Shown one piece after another: positions 16,354 through 25,443 of a stretch of 48,786 nt of DNA. The position numbers and the translations under genes are program-made. This DNA comes from Micavibrio sp. UBA1664. GTDB taxonomy: Bacteria; Pseudomonadota; Alphaproteobacteria; Micavibrionales; UBA1664. The notes under the pieces were generated by a model that did no database searches, had not been told where the DNA came from, and saw only the letters and a program-made list of their open reading frames with translations. Each line of letters starts with the position of its first letter. Position 1 is the first letter of the stretch. Where the stretch lies: positions 1 through 48,786 of the forward strand of contig DCKW01000050.1 in assembly GCA_002320485.1 (NCBI GenBank). Reading direction: 5' to 3'.

Positions 16354-17328
16354 CAGCTTTATATAGACCAAATCAACACGTATATCGATCCGATGGTTCC
16401 GCGTGAAACGGCAATCATAACGCACGGCCATGCCGATCATGCCCGTTTCGGCCATCAAAAAGTAATTGCCACCCCTGAAACAATTGCCATTATGAAGGCC
16501 CGTTACGGCGACAATTGCGCGCAGGAATTTCGTCCTCTTCCCCTAAGGCAGACTATGCGAATGGGAGAAATTGACATTACGCTTTATCCCGCAGGTCATG
16601 TTCTGGGAAGCGCGCAAGTGCTTTTAAATGACGGACAAACACGTATCGTTGTGACGGGCGATTACAAACGGGGAAAGGACTCAACATGCGCCGATTATGA
16701 AATTGTTCCGTGCGATATTCTGGTTACCGAGGCAACGTTCGGCCTGCCTGTTTTTCAACATCCCGACCCGCGTGTTGAAATTCAAAAATTATTGCAATCG
16801 GTCAATAACAATCCGGATCGCGCTCACCTGATTGGTGCCTATGCCCTTGGCAAGGGACAACGTGTTATCAAATTACTACGTGAGTCGGGTTACGATAAAA
16901 CAATTTATTTGCATGGGGCGCAGCGTAAGTTATGTGATCTCTACCAAGCGCACGGGATTGATCTAGGCGTTCTTGAAAATGTCGGAAACCGTAAAAAAAG
17001 TGATTTTGCGGGGGAAATTATTGTTGCGCCTCCCAGTGCGATCAAGGATAGATGGTCCCGCCGTTTTCCCGACCCTGTCATTGCCATGGCCAGCGGATGG
17101 ATGCAGGTTAAACAACGCGCTCGGCAAAAAGGTGTGGAATTGCCTTTAATCATTTCAGATCATTGCGATTGGAACGAGTTATTGCAAACCATTCAGGATA
17201 CGGGGGCGAAAACGATCTGGGTCACGCATGGACGCGAAGATGCCCTTGTCCATTATTGTCAAACGCATCTAGGACTTGAGGCCGAACCCTTGTCGATACA
17301 GGGCTTGGGCGAGGGAGAAGACGAATGA
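16336..17328 (+). CDS. ligase-associated DNA damage response exonuclease (metallo-beta-lactamase/beta-CASP fold)
   Basis: It has the HxHxDH motif (ITHGHADHARFGH) and is 330 aa. It is translationally coupled (ATGA) to the ATP-dependent ligase. Confidence 0.85.
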   Translation: MTFLNHQLYIDQINTYIDPMVPRETAIITHGHADHARFGHQKVIATPETIAIMKARYGDNCAQEFRPLPLRQTMRMGEIDITLYPAGHVLGSAQVLLNDGQTRIVVTGDYKRGKDSTCADYEIVPCDILVTEATFGLPVFQHPDPRVEIQKLLQSVNNNPDRAHLIGAYALGKGQRVIKLLRESGYDKTIYLHGAQRKLCDLYQAHGIDLGVLENVGNRKKSDFAGEIIVAPPSAIKDRWSRRFPDPVIAMASGWMQVKQRARQKGVELPLIISDHCDWNELLQTIQDTGAKTIWVTHGREDALVHYCQTHLGLEAEPLSIQGLGEGEDE

Positions 17329-18899
17329 AAGAATTTGCAATCTTGCTTGAAAAGCTTGCTCTGACGCCTTCCAGAAACAGGAAAATCGCCTTAATCAGTG
17401 ATTATATGGCTGTTACGCCCGACCCCGATCGTGGATTAGCGTTAGCGATCCTGACAAATAATATGACATTTACGCATATCAAATCTGGAAAATTAAAAGA
17501 TATTGCAAAAAATCATGTCGATGAATTTCTGTTCAAACTGTCCTACAATTATGTTGGGGACACGGCGGAGACAATCGCCCTTATATGGCCCTATTACGAG
17601 GAAGGATATGATTTACCGCCATTGCATCGGATAGTTGAAGAGTTTGAAAATACCCCGAAGTCTGACATTCCGAAAATGATTGAGAATTATTTGACCATTG
17701 CCACACCGAACGAGCGATGGGCGATGATCAAAATTGCAACCGGCGGCCTGAGAATTGGCGTATCGGAACGTCTTGCAAAAACCGCTTTGGCAAAATTCGG
17801 CAATAAGGATTTACAGGAAATAGAAGAGATATGGCATGGATTAAAACCACCCTATCTATCACTATTCGACTGGATTGAGGGCAAAGGCCCTAAACCGCAT
17901 GTAAAATTTTCGGATGTGTTTCATCCCCTGATGCTTTCGACCCCCATCGACGAGGAAAAGGATTTCGAAAAACTTGATATTGCTGATTTTCAGGTCGAAT
18001 GGAAATGGGACGGCATTCGCGTACAACTTGTAATGGACGGCGACAAACGCGCGCTATTTTCACGAACAGGTGACGATATTTCGGCCGCATTTCCCGACAT
18101 TACCCAGAATGTCAACGGCTCTGCGGTTTTGGATGGCGAGCTTTTGGTGGGCAAAGATTTCATGCCGGATAGTTTCAATCATTTGCAACAGCGCCTGAAC
18201 AGAAAGACCGTCACCCAAAAACAAATGAGCAGCCACCCCGCCTACATTTGTGTTTATGACATGCTGTTTGATAATGGGGAGGATATTCGCAATCTGCCGT
18301 TGATCCAACGACGTAAACGCCTTGAGGAATGGTTTGACAAAAACCCGCAAACACGCCTGACATTATCGGAAATATTAGAGTCGTCCACATGGGATAGCGT
18401 TACGTCAACCCGTCAAAAAGGTGCCGACGACCATGGTCATGAGGGAGTGATGATAAAACGCAAAGAAAGCGTTTACGTCCCCGGCCGTCCGCGCGGCGAA
18501 TGGTTTAAATGGAAACGCAACCCGTTCTTTGTCGATGCCGTCATGATGTATGGGCAACGCGGGCATGGTAAACGGTCTTCCTATTATTCCGATTACACCT
18601 TTGGAGTGTGGGACGGCAACAATATCGTTCCCATAGGTAAAGCCTATTCCGGTTTTACAGATGAAGAACTTGTCCTCCTTGATAAATTTGTCCGCAACAA
18701 CACCGTGTCGCGTTTCGGTCCCGTGCGTGAAGTCAAAAAAGAGCTGGTACTGGAAATTGCTTTTGACTCGATGCAGGAAAGTACACGGCATAAATCGGGA
18801 ATAGCCTTACGGTTTCCGCGTATCCATCGAATCCGCTGGGACAAACCCGTTCAGGAGGTTCAATCGCTCAGCGAAATACGCCGAGAATTTTTAATTTAA
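17325..18899 (+). CDS. ATP-dependent DNA ligase (cisplatin-damage-response type)
   Basis: Adenylation motif I is EWKWDGIR (KxDG). Further motifs are LDGELLV, YICVYDML and EGVMIKR, followed by an OB-fold C-terminus. Confidence 0.9.
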   Translation: MKEFAILLEKLALTPSRNRKIALISDYMAVTPDPDRGLALAILTNNMTFTHIKSGKLKDIAKNHVDEFLFKLSYNYVGDTAETIALIWPYYEEGYDLPPLHRIVEEFENTPKSDIPKMIENYLTIATPNERWAMIKIATGGLRIGVSERLAKTALAKFGNKDLQEIEEIWHGLKPPYLSLFDWIEGKGPKPHVKFSDVFHPLMLSTPIDEEKDFEKLDIADFQVEWKWDGIRVQLVMDGDKRALFSRTGDDISAAFPDITQNVNGSAVLDGELLVGKDFMPDSFNHLQQRLNRKTVTQKQMSSHPAYICVYDMLFDNGEDIRNLPLIQRRKRLEEWFDKNPQTRLTLSEILESSTWDSVTSTRQKGADDHGHEGVMIKRKESVYVPGRPRGEWFKWKRNPFFVDAVMMYGQRGHGKRSSYYSDYTFGVWDGNNIVPIGKAYSGFTDEELVLLDKFVRNNTVSRFGPVREVKKELVLEIAFDSMQESTRHKSGIALRFPRIHRIRWDKPVQEVQSLSEIRREFLI

Positions 18900-18948
18900 A
18901 AACTTAAAAAAATAATGAACCTTTTTGATCGTGGTTTGTTAGCTATAT

Positions 18949-19033
18949 AATAGCAGGGGCGCTGTTTATTTATAAATGGCTGAGACGCACCCTTTGAACC
19001 TGAAACGGGTAATGCCGTCGCAAGGAAGCTATT
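18949..19033 (+). promoter_or_regulatory. TPP (THI-box) riboswitch aptamer
   Basis: P1 is AUAGC(18950-54)/GCUAU(19028-32). Conserved blocks are GGGGCGC, GGCUGAGA, ACCCUUUGAACCUGA, the ACGGGUAAUGCCGU helix and CGCAAGGAAG. There is one deviation from the usual ..AGGGA.. (here AAGGA). Confidence 0.8.
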
Positions 19034-19037
19034 TCAC

Positions 19038-19079
19038 GGAAACCCCTGCTTCTTTTGAAGTCTGGGGTTTCCTTTTTTT
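19038..19079 (+). terminator. riboswitch expression platform: intrinsic terminator with competing antiterminator
   Basis: GGAAACCCC (19038-46) pairs with GGGGTTTCC (19064-72), followed by T7. CCCCTGCT (19043-50) is the exact complement of aptamer bases AGCAGGGG (18952-59). Confidence 0.8.
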
Positions 19080-19157
19080 AAAAACACCTTAACTTTTTTT
19101 TAACTCCCGTAAGTAAAAATAAATTTAACTGTCAATCAAATTTTTTAAAACATAACT

Positions 19158-19499
19158 ATGTATGACTCTCAAAAACTAGATATTTTTCTCAATCAATTTG
19201 GTGAAACAAAACATCAAATGTTATTGGAAGCCTATTCATCCAGCCTGGCTGAGCAACGGGAAGAATGTAAAAAAGCCCTTGCGAATAGCGACGTGCGTAA
19301 ATTATATTTTTTGACACATGATATTAAATCCATTGCACTAGCAATCGGCGCCCACGATTTGGGTCATACGGCCCAATCCATCGAAAAAAATGCGAAAAAC
19401 GATAATGATAAAGCTGCATTAACTGATGTTCCGCAGTTGATCGATTATATTGAGGACCTTAAGGCCGTTATCGATAATGCATTGGCCACAGGCCGATAA
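19158..19499 (+). CDS. Hpt (histidine phosphotransfer) domain protein
   Basis: 113 aa helical bundle. FLTHDIKSIALAIGAHDLGHTAQSIE matches the Hpt consensus (aHxLKGsa..iGa..L......lE) with the phospho-accepting His. Confidence 0.7.
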   Translation: MYDSQKLDIFLNQFGETKHQMLLEAYSSSLAEQREECKKALANSDVRKLYFLTHDIKSIALAIGAHDLGHTAQSIEKNAKNDNDKAALTDVPQLIDYIEDLKAVIDNALATGR

Positions 19500-19502
19500 C
19501 AT

Positions 19503-22500
19503 TTAATTCATGTATTCCTTGATTTTATTATATAGAATTTCTGTTTTGACGGGTTTGGATAGATAATCGTTCATCCCAACTTCTATACATTGTTCTTTTT
19601 CCTCGGCCATTGCATTGGCTGTCATCGCAATAATAATATTCGTATGCGTAATTTTTCCTTCTGCCTCCAATTTGCGAATTGCCTTTGTTGCATCAAAACC
19701 ATCCATAACGGGCATCATACAATCCATCAGAACAATATCGTAAGGCGGATTTGCCATACCGACTTTATCTATGGCTTCTTGTCCATTTTGCGCCAAATCC
19801 ACCTTGCATTTCATTGATTCCAGCATATCGGTTGCAACCATTTGGTTAATGAATTCGTTTTCAACAAGCAATATCCGTGCATTTAAAACCCTTTTATCTT
19901 CGCCGGTTTTAGATTGTACGGCTTTTTTCGTAGTTGGAATAATTGCATCTTCAATAATATCGCATGGAATATTGAACGTGAAAGTCGTTCCCTCACCCAC
20001 AACGCTTTTAACATCGATATTTCCGCCCATCATCTCCACCAATTTTTTACTGATGGCCAGTCCTAAACCGGTTCCGCCATATTTTTTCGTGGTTGTCGCA
20101 TCCGCTTGTCCAAATTTATCGAAGATAGTTTCCAGTTTGTTTTGCGGGATTCCAATGCCCGTGTCTTCGACCTTTACGTTCAATACAAATTGGTCGGACC
20201 GGTTTGTTTCACCATCCAATAGAATACGGATATATCCCTGATCCACAAACTTTACGGCATTCCCCAACAGGTTGGTCATAATCTGGCTTAAACGAGTGCT
20301 ATCAATATTGAGTGTGGGAATAGTATTTTTATAAATAAATTCCAACAAAATATTTTTGGCATTCGCACGCGGAAGGAAAATAGTTTTTATACGGTGCATG
20401 AAATCATGAATGTTAACCGGCTCCGGATGAATATCCATTTCACCCGCCTCAATTTTTGACAGATCCAAAATATCATTAATCAAAGATAATAATGTATCGC
20501 CCGAATTGGTAATCGCTTCCAGATATTTATCCTGTTTTTGTGTAATTTTGGTATTGCTTCTCAACAGGTCGGCCGCACCGATAACACCATTTAAGGGTGT
20601 CCTGATTTCATGGCTCATATTGGCAAGAAATTCCGACTTCATAATGTTGGCACGCGTGGCCTCTTCCCGCGCAATTTCCATTTGAGTGGTGTATAAATTA
20701 CGTTCAATCTCAATTTCCTTGCGTTGGGTAATATCCTGAATTTGAGAGATAAAATAAATAATATCACCATCATCATCACGCACAGTTGATACGTTTAGTA
20801 AAGCCCAGACAATATGCCCGTCTTTATGATAATATCGTTTTTCCATTTGATAGGTTGATATGTCGCCTGCAAGAATTTTTTTAAGGCGTTTTAAATCCCC
20901 CTCCAAATCATCCGGATGTGTAATAGTTTGAAAATCAATATTCATCAATTCATCGCGTGTATAGCCAAGTATTTCAACCAAAGCGACATTGACCGTCAGC
21001 CATTTTCCTTCGGGCGAAACCAATGCCATCCCAATAGCCGAATTTTCCATCGCGGTTCTGAATTGCTGCTCACTGTTTTTAAGCTCGTTTGCTTTGATAT
21101 GTAACAATCGGGTTTGTCTGCTTGCGGCCATGGCATAATAAATGGCAAACCCGATTAAAACAGACATAAACATTCCGCCTAACAATATAATCAGCGGTAA
21201 ATAGGATTTTTGGGTTTCCATGAAGCGGGATGTAGGCCAAACCCGAACCGTCCATATACGGTTGAAAAATACGATGTCAGATTGTATCGCCATGCCCTCA
21301 TGTCGAGCTGCATCTTCCCCTGTTTGTGTGTAAACGACTGCCTTCCCATCGCTGATTTCGATATTAAACATTTCCCGCGTTTCGGCAGAAAGACTGTTTT
21401 TAAAAAACAAATCCAGGTCATAAATTCCGGTGATAAATCCGTCAAAGCTTTGATTAGGGTAGAGCGGGATATAGCAAATAATCGCTTTATACCCCTGCAC
21501 TAAGTTTATGGGAGGTGTCATGGTTATTGTGTCGGGTGTCATAGCCTCTTCTATTAATGTACGTCGTTCACCATTGAAGGTTACATCAAGGCCTATTATA
21601 TTTTCATTCTTCTCCAACGGTTGAACCCAACGGACATGGAAATCCCTGTCAACCCATTGCAATGTCGTGAGGGCTTGCGTATCGTTTAATAAATTTAAGG
21701 CTTCCGCATTCCATTCATTTTCAGGAATACCATTGCGGCTTTGCCACCTTAGGGCCATTCGACGTTGCGCAATAATTGTATAGCGAATCGTATTATTAAC
21801 GGCCTTTTTTACACTGTCCAATTCATCAGTTAACGATTTTACAACTAACGACTTTTCCTCCTGAGCCATCTGCACATATGTCAGACCTGCGATAGCAAAT
21901 GTTAACATCCCTGCCATGACGGGAATAATATATAAAGCGGATTCGCCTTGCCCTCGCACATAAGATCGGCGTGCGTTTTCGGTGTTCGCGGAGATTATAA
22001 GCAGCATGGCACCGAGAAGACCAGAAAACATAAGCCCGACAATAAGGATATACCATAAGGACCAGTTATAGGATAAAGCGGATTTTGTATCATTTTGAAT
22101 GAAATGCATTTCCCATTCATGTCCGGCAACAGAGACGTTTATTTTTGTCTGTATTCTGTTTTGCGATACAGGTGGATGATGGGGGTTTTCTTTGAAATCA
22201 CTGCTACGTGTATCGTATAAAATATTATTTTGTTTGGCGCTTAAATCCTGCATCACCAAAATCATATTTTTTTGTTTTAAGAGATTGAAAACAGGCTCCA
22301 TCATCTTGCGGACAATAAAGACACCCGCTGTGTAGCCGATCAGGTTTTCACGGCGGGCAATAACATCATTTAAGGTGGATGATATACCGTAGACGGGATT
22401 ATAAAAAATAATACCGTACTCGTTTTCCGCCTGCACAAGAGATATTCGACTGGTAGCCATTACCGCGCTTTCATCGCGGGCACGATCGAGTGTTTTACTC

Positions 22501-23573
22501 CGAATATCCCCTGCTATCGCATCAATACTGTATGTATCATAGCCCAAGGCCGTCTGGTTATTATCGGAAGTCACTGTGTAAGTCACCGGAAAATAGACTG
22601 GCCTTTGGCCTGCCGCACCATTTTGGCCGTTTCCTAACCTTTCCCATATCTCGAAATTTGGAAACCCTTGTGTACGGATGTAATTTTCAAATTCCGCGCG
22701 TTGCGGTAGCATCACCTTTTGATTCCATGATAATGATTGAATACCAGGATATGTATCTAATAATTTACCCGAAAAATTACGAAATTCTTGGTCTGTTACT
22801 TCATCGGAAGACATAACGAATTGTGCGTTGGCAACAAGAATATCAAAATACCCTTGCAAATTTTTCTCGAACACATCGACAATTTCATTGGCGCTGTTTT
22901 TAAACTCATCCAGCCTTTTTTGCTCAACGGTATTTTTTGCACCGATAAACAGGAAAATGGCCATGGCAGCGAATAGGCTTAATGGAATAACGACAATGGT
23001 TTTTCGTAAAATACTAGATGTGGGGCTGGCTAAGATTAAAATGACCGGCGCAAAAAGCAAGACACCTATCGTATCCCCCACCCACCACGTAAACACGTTA
23101 ATAGAAAATGCCTCAGGCGGAAGGACACCTGATAAATATAATACAGCCGGACCTATCGTTGCATTAATCAGGCATGAGACAACGCCGCCGAAAAACAAAA
23201 GGGCAAAGATATCTTTTTCCGATCTCAAAATGGTCGGATCATTCACTTTCACCTTTACCAACCTACCGCCGCAATAAGCTTGCAACATAGCACCGAAAGC
23301 GATTCCCACCGCCACGATAATGGATTTAAATTCAGTGATGTCCGCTCCGTTAGAAGAGGCAACGAAAAAATTGATAATCAATGATCCTGCAAACACGGCC
23401 GGCAACATCTTTCGGCCGCCCAATAAAACGCCGGCAAGGGCAACACCCGCCGCAGGCCATACCGGAGAGGCAAATCCCGGCGGAATTGCCAACATAAGGG
23501 ACAAACGACCCACACAAGCATAAGCTGCCGCCAACATTAAGAATTTTAAAACGAATATTACAAATGTTCTCAT
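19503..23573 (-). CDS. hybrid sensor histidine kinase/response regulator (MASE1-CHASE-TM-periplasmic domain-TM-PAS-HisKA-HATPase-REC)
   Basis: MASE1-like N-terminus (GFASPVWPAAGVALAGVLLGG, ~8 TM). CHASE-like block (PGIQSLSWNQKV...PVYFPVTYT...ALGYDTYS). PAS domain. H-box FLANMSHEIRTPLNG, N-box GNAVKF, G-boxes DTGIGI and GGTGLGL. REC has DIVLMDCMMPVMDG and SKP. Confidence 0.9.
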   Translation of the reverse strand: MRTFVIFVLKFLMLAAAYACVGRLSLMLAIPPGFASPVWPAAGVALAGVLLGGRKMLPAVFAGSLIINFFVASSNGADITEFKSIIVAVGIAFGAMLQAYCGGRLVKVKVNDPTILRSEKDIFALLFFGGVVSCLINATIGPAVLYLSGVLPPEAFSINVFTWWVGDTIGVLLFAPVILILASPTSSILRKTIVVIPLSLFAAMAIFLFIGAKNTVEQKRLDEFKNSANEIVDVFEKNLQGYFDILVANAQFVMSSDEVTDQEFRNFSGKLLDTYPGIQSLSWNQKVMLPQRAEFENYIRTQGFPNFEIWERLGNGQNGAAGQRPVYFPVTYTVTSDNNQTALGYDTYSIDAIAGDIRSKTLDRARDESAVMATSRISLVQAENEYGIIFYNPVYGISSTLNDVIARRENLIGYTAGVFIVRKMMEPVFNLLKQKNMILVMQDLSAKQNNILYDTRSSDFKENPHHPPVSQNRIQTKINVSVAGHEWEMHFIQNDTKSALSYNWSLWYILIVGLMFSGLLGAMLLIISANTENARRSYVRGQGESALYIIPVMAGMLTFAIAGLTYVQMAQEEKSLVVKSLTDELDSVKKAVNNTIRYTIIAQRRMALRWQSRNGIPENEWNAEALNLLNDTQALTTLQWVDRDFHVRWVQPLEKNENIIGLDVTFNGERRTLIEEAMTPDTITMTPPINLVQGYKAIICYIPLYPNQSFDGFITGIYDLDLFFKNSLSAETREMFNIEISDGKAVVYTQTGEDAARHEGMAIQSDIVFFNRIWTVRVWPTSRFMETQKSYLPLIILLGGMFMSVLIGFAIYYAMAASRQTRLLHIKANELKNSEQQFRTAMENSAIGMALVSPEGKWLTVNVALVEILGYTRDELMNIDFQTITHPDDLEGDLKRLKKILAGDISTYQMEKRYYHKDGHIVWALLNVSTVRDDDGDIIYFISQIQDITQRKEIEIERNLYTTQMEIAREEATRANIMKSEFLANMSHEIRTPLNGVIGAADLLRSNTKITQKQDKYLEAITNSGDTLLSLINDILDLSKIEAGEMDIHPEPVNIHDFMHRIKTIFLPRANAKNILLEFIYKNTIPTLNIDSTRLSQIMTNLLGNAVKFVDQGYIRILLDGETNRSDQFVLNVKVEDTGIGIPQNKLETIFDKFGQADATTTKKYGGTGLGLAISKKLVEMMGGNIDVKSVVGEGTTFTFNIPCDIIEDAIIPTTKKAVQSKTGEDKRVLNARILLVENEFINQMVATDMLESMKCKVDLAQNGQEAIDKVGMANPPYDIVLMDCMMPVMDGFDATKAIRKLEAEGKITHTNIIIAMTANAMAEEKEQCIEVGMNDYLSKPVKTEILYNKIKEYMN

Positions 23574-23753
23574 GTATTTAGATGATCATATTTCCGCAAA
23601 TCACAAACTCACTATTTCACGAATATAAAGTATGCCAGTAACGCCCGCGTCCGCCCAGCCAAAATTTTGCATGGCGTAGTAATGTGGTCATATACAATGA
23701 TTGTCTGAATATGCTATCTGATATCAAAATTCGTTATAAGAGAAGGAAAGAAC

Positions 23754-24617
23754 ATGCCCGATGTCCTGAATATGAGTGAGATTATTGTCACTATTGCCGT
23801 ATTGACGGGACTTATCATACTCCGCCTGTTTCTTGTCCGAATGATTAAACGCCGCAGCCCGATACTGGACAAGGCGCAACGGCGCTGGCTTAGCCGTATT
23901 AATAATACGACCATTATCCTTGCTTTTATCATTGTTGTTTTTATCTGGGCACCGCAACTTCATACATTTGCCCTTTCCTTGACGGCAGTCGCAGTGGCAA
24001 TTGTCATTACCACAAAAGAAATTTTGATGTGTTTAACGGGCGGCTTTTTAAGGGCGGCGATGAAACCTTTCGAGATCGGCCACTGGATATCGATTGACGG
24101 CATGACGGGTGAGGTTATGAGTATCAATGCCCTTGGAACAGTGATTCAAGAGGTCGACACCCAAACCCGAACCTATCAATTCACAGGCCGCACGATCGAA
24201 ATTCCCAACAGTAAGTTTCTGACGATGCATGTCGAAAACCTCAATTTTTTCAAACATTATATCTATCACGATATTGTCATCGCCGTGCAACAGGATAGCG
24301 TTGACGCCACTGTTTCACTCGATACATTACAAACCCTTGCAGATACATATTATCAGCCATTTCATAAAGATGCAGTAGCCTTTAATAAAAAAATAGAGAA
24401 GAAGACTGCGATTGATTTTGCCGATCCGGGGCCGCAAAGTTTCCTCAGAACAACCGATCTGGGACATTATGTTTTTACGGTGCAAATGTTGCTACCTACC
24501 TTGAAGGCTATCCAGATTGATACAGCGATCAAAAAAGATTTCTTATCCTTTGTGCATGAGCATAAGAAACAAAACAAGGCCGATGAAGCCGCAAAAGAAA
24601 ACACTAAAAACGATTAA
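23754..24617 (+). CDS. mechanosensitive ion channel family protein (small MscS-like)
   Basis: Three TM helices are followed by ITTKEILMCLTGGFLRAAMKPFEIGHWISIDGMTGEVMSINALGTVIQEVD (MscS beta-domain signature). RBS is GAAGGAAAG. Confidence 0.8.
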   Translation: MPDVLNMSEIIVTIAVLTGLIILRLFLVRMIKRRSPILDKAQRRWLSRINNTTIILAFIIVVFIWAPQLHTFALSLTAVAVAIVITTKEILMCLTGGFLRAAMKPFEIGHWISIDGMTGEVMSINALGTVIQEVDTQTRTYQFTGRTIEIPNSKFLTMHVENLNFFKHYIYHDIVIAVQQDSVDATVSLDTLQTLADTYYQPFHKDAVAFNKKIEKKTAIDFADPGPQSFLRTTDLGHYVFTVQMLLPTLKAIQIDTAIKKDFLSFVHEHKKQNKADEAAKENTKND

Positions 24618-25348
24618 AAGCTTTTCGACATAAAGAATTTCATATTATGGTCGGCAGCACCGTCACTTATGCCAACAAGATACCCCGTTTCATAAGCCAC
24701 CCCGTTACCAAGCTTGCCCTTCAGCACCGGTCCGAACGAATGGCCCTGGCTCTCAAAACCGTCTTGAGTGCGGAGATTGCCGAAATTGTTAAAGGTCTCC
24801 AGTCCCAAACGGTGATTATCCGCAATCGCATAAGTGGCCTGCGCACGAACACTGGCATTTAAACCCGATTCCGAATCCTCGCCAATTTCATGGCTTAAAA
24901 ACTGGTTTGCCCGAATCTCCCATTTATCAAGGGGAAATAATTCGTAAAAACCGATGGTCAAATTATCCGGTTTTTGCGCGCCGTCTTTTAATGTGTAACT
25001 GCCACGCATTCCAAAATCGAAACCGATCTCATCAGCATCCAACAGATCGAAACGATTTTCAAAAGTCAGCCCTTCATATTCGAAACTGTCGCCTTTACGT
25101 TTGTCACCTTCAATAATCAGGCGGGCGGCATACATATCAGTGAAACCATAATCAATATGAACGCGTGAGCGGAAACGCTCATCCTGCGAGCTGCCATCAT
25201 CATCAAGACTGAATCCGACGCGACCCTCAACGGATGTTGCGCCCTTGGTTACGTTCGGCGACCCGACAGAACTTATGGTTTGTGCAAACACAGGTGTTGA
25301 AGCAAAAGCCATTACCACCACCGCGATCATTTTCGAATAAGTTTTCAT
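24614..25348 (-). CDS. putative outer-membrane beta-barrel protein
   Basis: Signal peptide ..TPVFAQ. Alternating amphipathic beta-strand pattern and a terminal aromatic residue (..SKSF). No specific family recognised. Confidence 0.55.
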   Translation of the reverse strand: MKTYSKMIAVVVMAFASTPVFAQTISSVGSPNVTKGATSVEGRVGFSLDDDGSSQDERFRSRVHIDYGFTDMYAARLIIEGDKRKGDSFEYEGLTFENRFDLLDADEIGFDFGMRGSYTLKDGAQKPDNLTIGFYELFPLDKWEIRANQFLSHEIGEDSESGLNASVRAQATYAIADNHRLGLETFNNFGNLRTQDGFESQGHSFGPVLKGKLGNGVAYETGYLVGISDGAADHNMKFFMSKSF

Positions 25349-25443
25349 ATCATACCCTATGTAATTGATTTCAATAAATTAAAGGTATAGATCACCAAGG
25401 TAAAGTATTTTTAGAAAAATAATCACTATATTACTAGCATCAT

